Part shown: positions 63,069-64,000 of the stretch, piece by piece
Numbering within the stretch: position 1 is the stretch's first letter
Layout of the letters: every line of letters begins with the position of its first letter
Notes under the pieces: model-generated
The model's database searches: none
What the model was told of the DNA's origin: nothing
Seen by the model: the letters and a program-made list of their open reading frames with translations, nothing else
Program-made: the position numbers and the translations under genes
Origin: Pseudomonadota bacterium
GTDB lineage: Bacteria; Pseudomonadota; Alphaproteobacteria; Sphingomonadales; Sphingomonadaceae
Assembly: GCA_046731955.1 (NCBI GenBank)
Contig: JBKPMC010000044.1
Location: 26,157 to 90,156 of the forward strand
Direction of reading: 5' to 3'
Length of the DNA: 64,000 bases

Positions 63069-63165
63069 GATTGCCCCTGCCCCGGCCTGTTGCGGTCGCT
63101 TTCAGCTTGGCAATTTCATGGCTGATGTCAATGGCTTGGATGATCGAAAGGCGTCGGCTCGACTC

Positions 63166-63369
63166 TCACTCCGCAAAGCGCTGCGGACGCCGTTCCCTCG
63201 GCTGAAGCATGAAGCCGCCGCCGCGCCTCGGCAGCCGGCTTTCATATTCCCTGGCCAGAGCTTCGAAGGAGTGCCGCAGCTCGCCGTCGGTCATCATCGC
63301 GGCGAGCCGGTGGCAGCGCGCGATCTTGTCCCGAAGGTCGGAAGCGTCGTCCAGGATTTGTTCGTTCAT
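63166..63369 (-). CDS. 67-aa helical-hairpin microprotein, type B
   Basis: DLRDKIARCHRLAAMMTDGELRHSFEALAREYE; start re-called at MNEQ. Confidence 0.7.
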   Translation of the reverse strand: MNEQILDDASDLRDKIARCHRLAAMMTDGELRHSFEALAREYESRLPRRGGGFMLQPRERRPQRFAE

Positions 63370-63408
63370 TGGGTCACCGTCGCACGCAGTGCCCACCCAC
63401 ATATTGCA

Positions 63409-63433
63409 AACGGCCGTAACCGACTGTTGTTCC
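63409..63433 (-). promoter_or_regulatory. Consensus sigma-EcfG promoter
   Basis: GGAAC-N16-CGTT on the minus strand, about 40 nt upstream of ATG 63369. Confidence 0.7.
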
Positions 63434-63771
63434 GACTGTTTCCTTCACCTCGCCGGCAACCGCCACCGGCAAAATGTTAAAACTTGTGAACCATATCCTG
63501 TCACACGCCGCTAACCGCGCAGGAGTAAACCAAAGGTCGGCAGCCGCCGTCACCCTACGAGCTCCCGAACGGCGCTGCCGGAACCGTACGAAGCCTTGCG
63601 GCTTCCGGCGCATCCCCTCGCCAGCCGCAAGGCTTCGAGTTTTCCTGGCTCACCAATTGCTGCTCGGGCTTGCCCAAGCCGGCCATCACGCAGATTTGAC
63701 TCAAATTGGCTAGAGGCGCAGCCTCTTCGTCCGGCGCGAGGGGCATTCGCGCCGGAATCAGGGGAAGACCA

Positions 63772-64000
63772 ATGAAACAGCTGATGAAACTGGCCGCCGC
63801 GGCGGCCGTCGGCGCATGTGCGGCCGGCTCCATCGTCTATGCGCAGACTGCCCCGTCGCAGCCACGCGCAATGGTTTCGCTCTACCATGCCGCGCCGGGC
63901 CAGCAGGAAGCGCTGCTCCGCTGGTTCGCGCAGCAGGATCGCATCGCTCAGGCCGCGGGCGTGGCGCCGCAGCAGCTCTACATCCACACCGATGGCGACA
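63772..64000 (+). CDS. Exported hypothetical protein, runs off the window edge
   Basis: Manual translation MKQLMKLAAAAAVGACAAGSIVYAQTAPSQPRAMVSLYHAAPGQQEALLRW...; AGGGGA RBS. Confidence 0.75.
   Translation, partial: MKQLMKLAAAAAVGACAAGSIVYAQTAPSQPRAMVSLYHAAPGQQEALLRWFAQQDRIAQAAGVAPQQLYIHTDGD

Overview
High-GC alphaproteobacterial chromosome segment. Gene content and protein families suggest Sphingomonadaceae (inference). Most of it is housekeeping: acyl-CoA ligase (partial), ybaB-dnaX, SRP RNA, ferredoxin plus two cysteine desulfurases, a PLP decarboxylase plus deoxyhypusine-synthase-like polyamine locus, rlmD-nnr-ispE, ETF-QO, lytic transglycosylase, tRNA-Pro and tRNA-Ile2, gyrA, trmFO, pdhAB, ftsB-eno, greA-carB-carA and dnaG-rpoD. 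An accessory region rich in microproteins follows rpoD (57.1-64 kb). No CRISPR array, rRNA, integrase or transposase was seen. Main leads: (1) a pair of helical-hairpin microproteins occurring twice, one copy in a four-gene micro-operon mostly missed by the ORF track and the other behind a consensus sigma-EcfG promoter; (2) a poly-Pro-(R/K)-GERG C-terminal tail shared by two unrelated envelope proteins, a candidate sorting or anchoring signal; (3) a perfect 26-bp alternating purine-pyrimidine (Z-DNA-prone) tract upstream of gyrA; (4) an SD-sequestering leader stem ahead of the polyamine locus; (5) a histidine-kinase-like protein with a degenerate ATPase domain. Several start codons were re-called by hand. 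All product calls come from motif recognition, not database searches.
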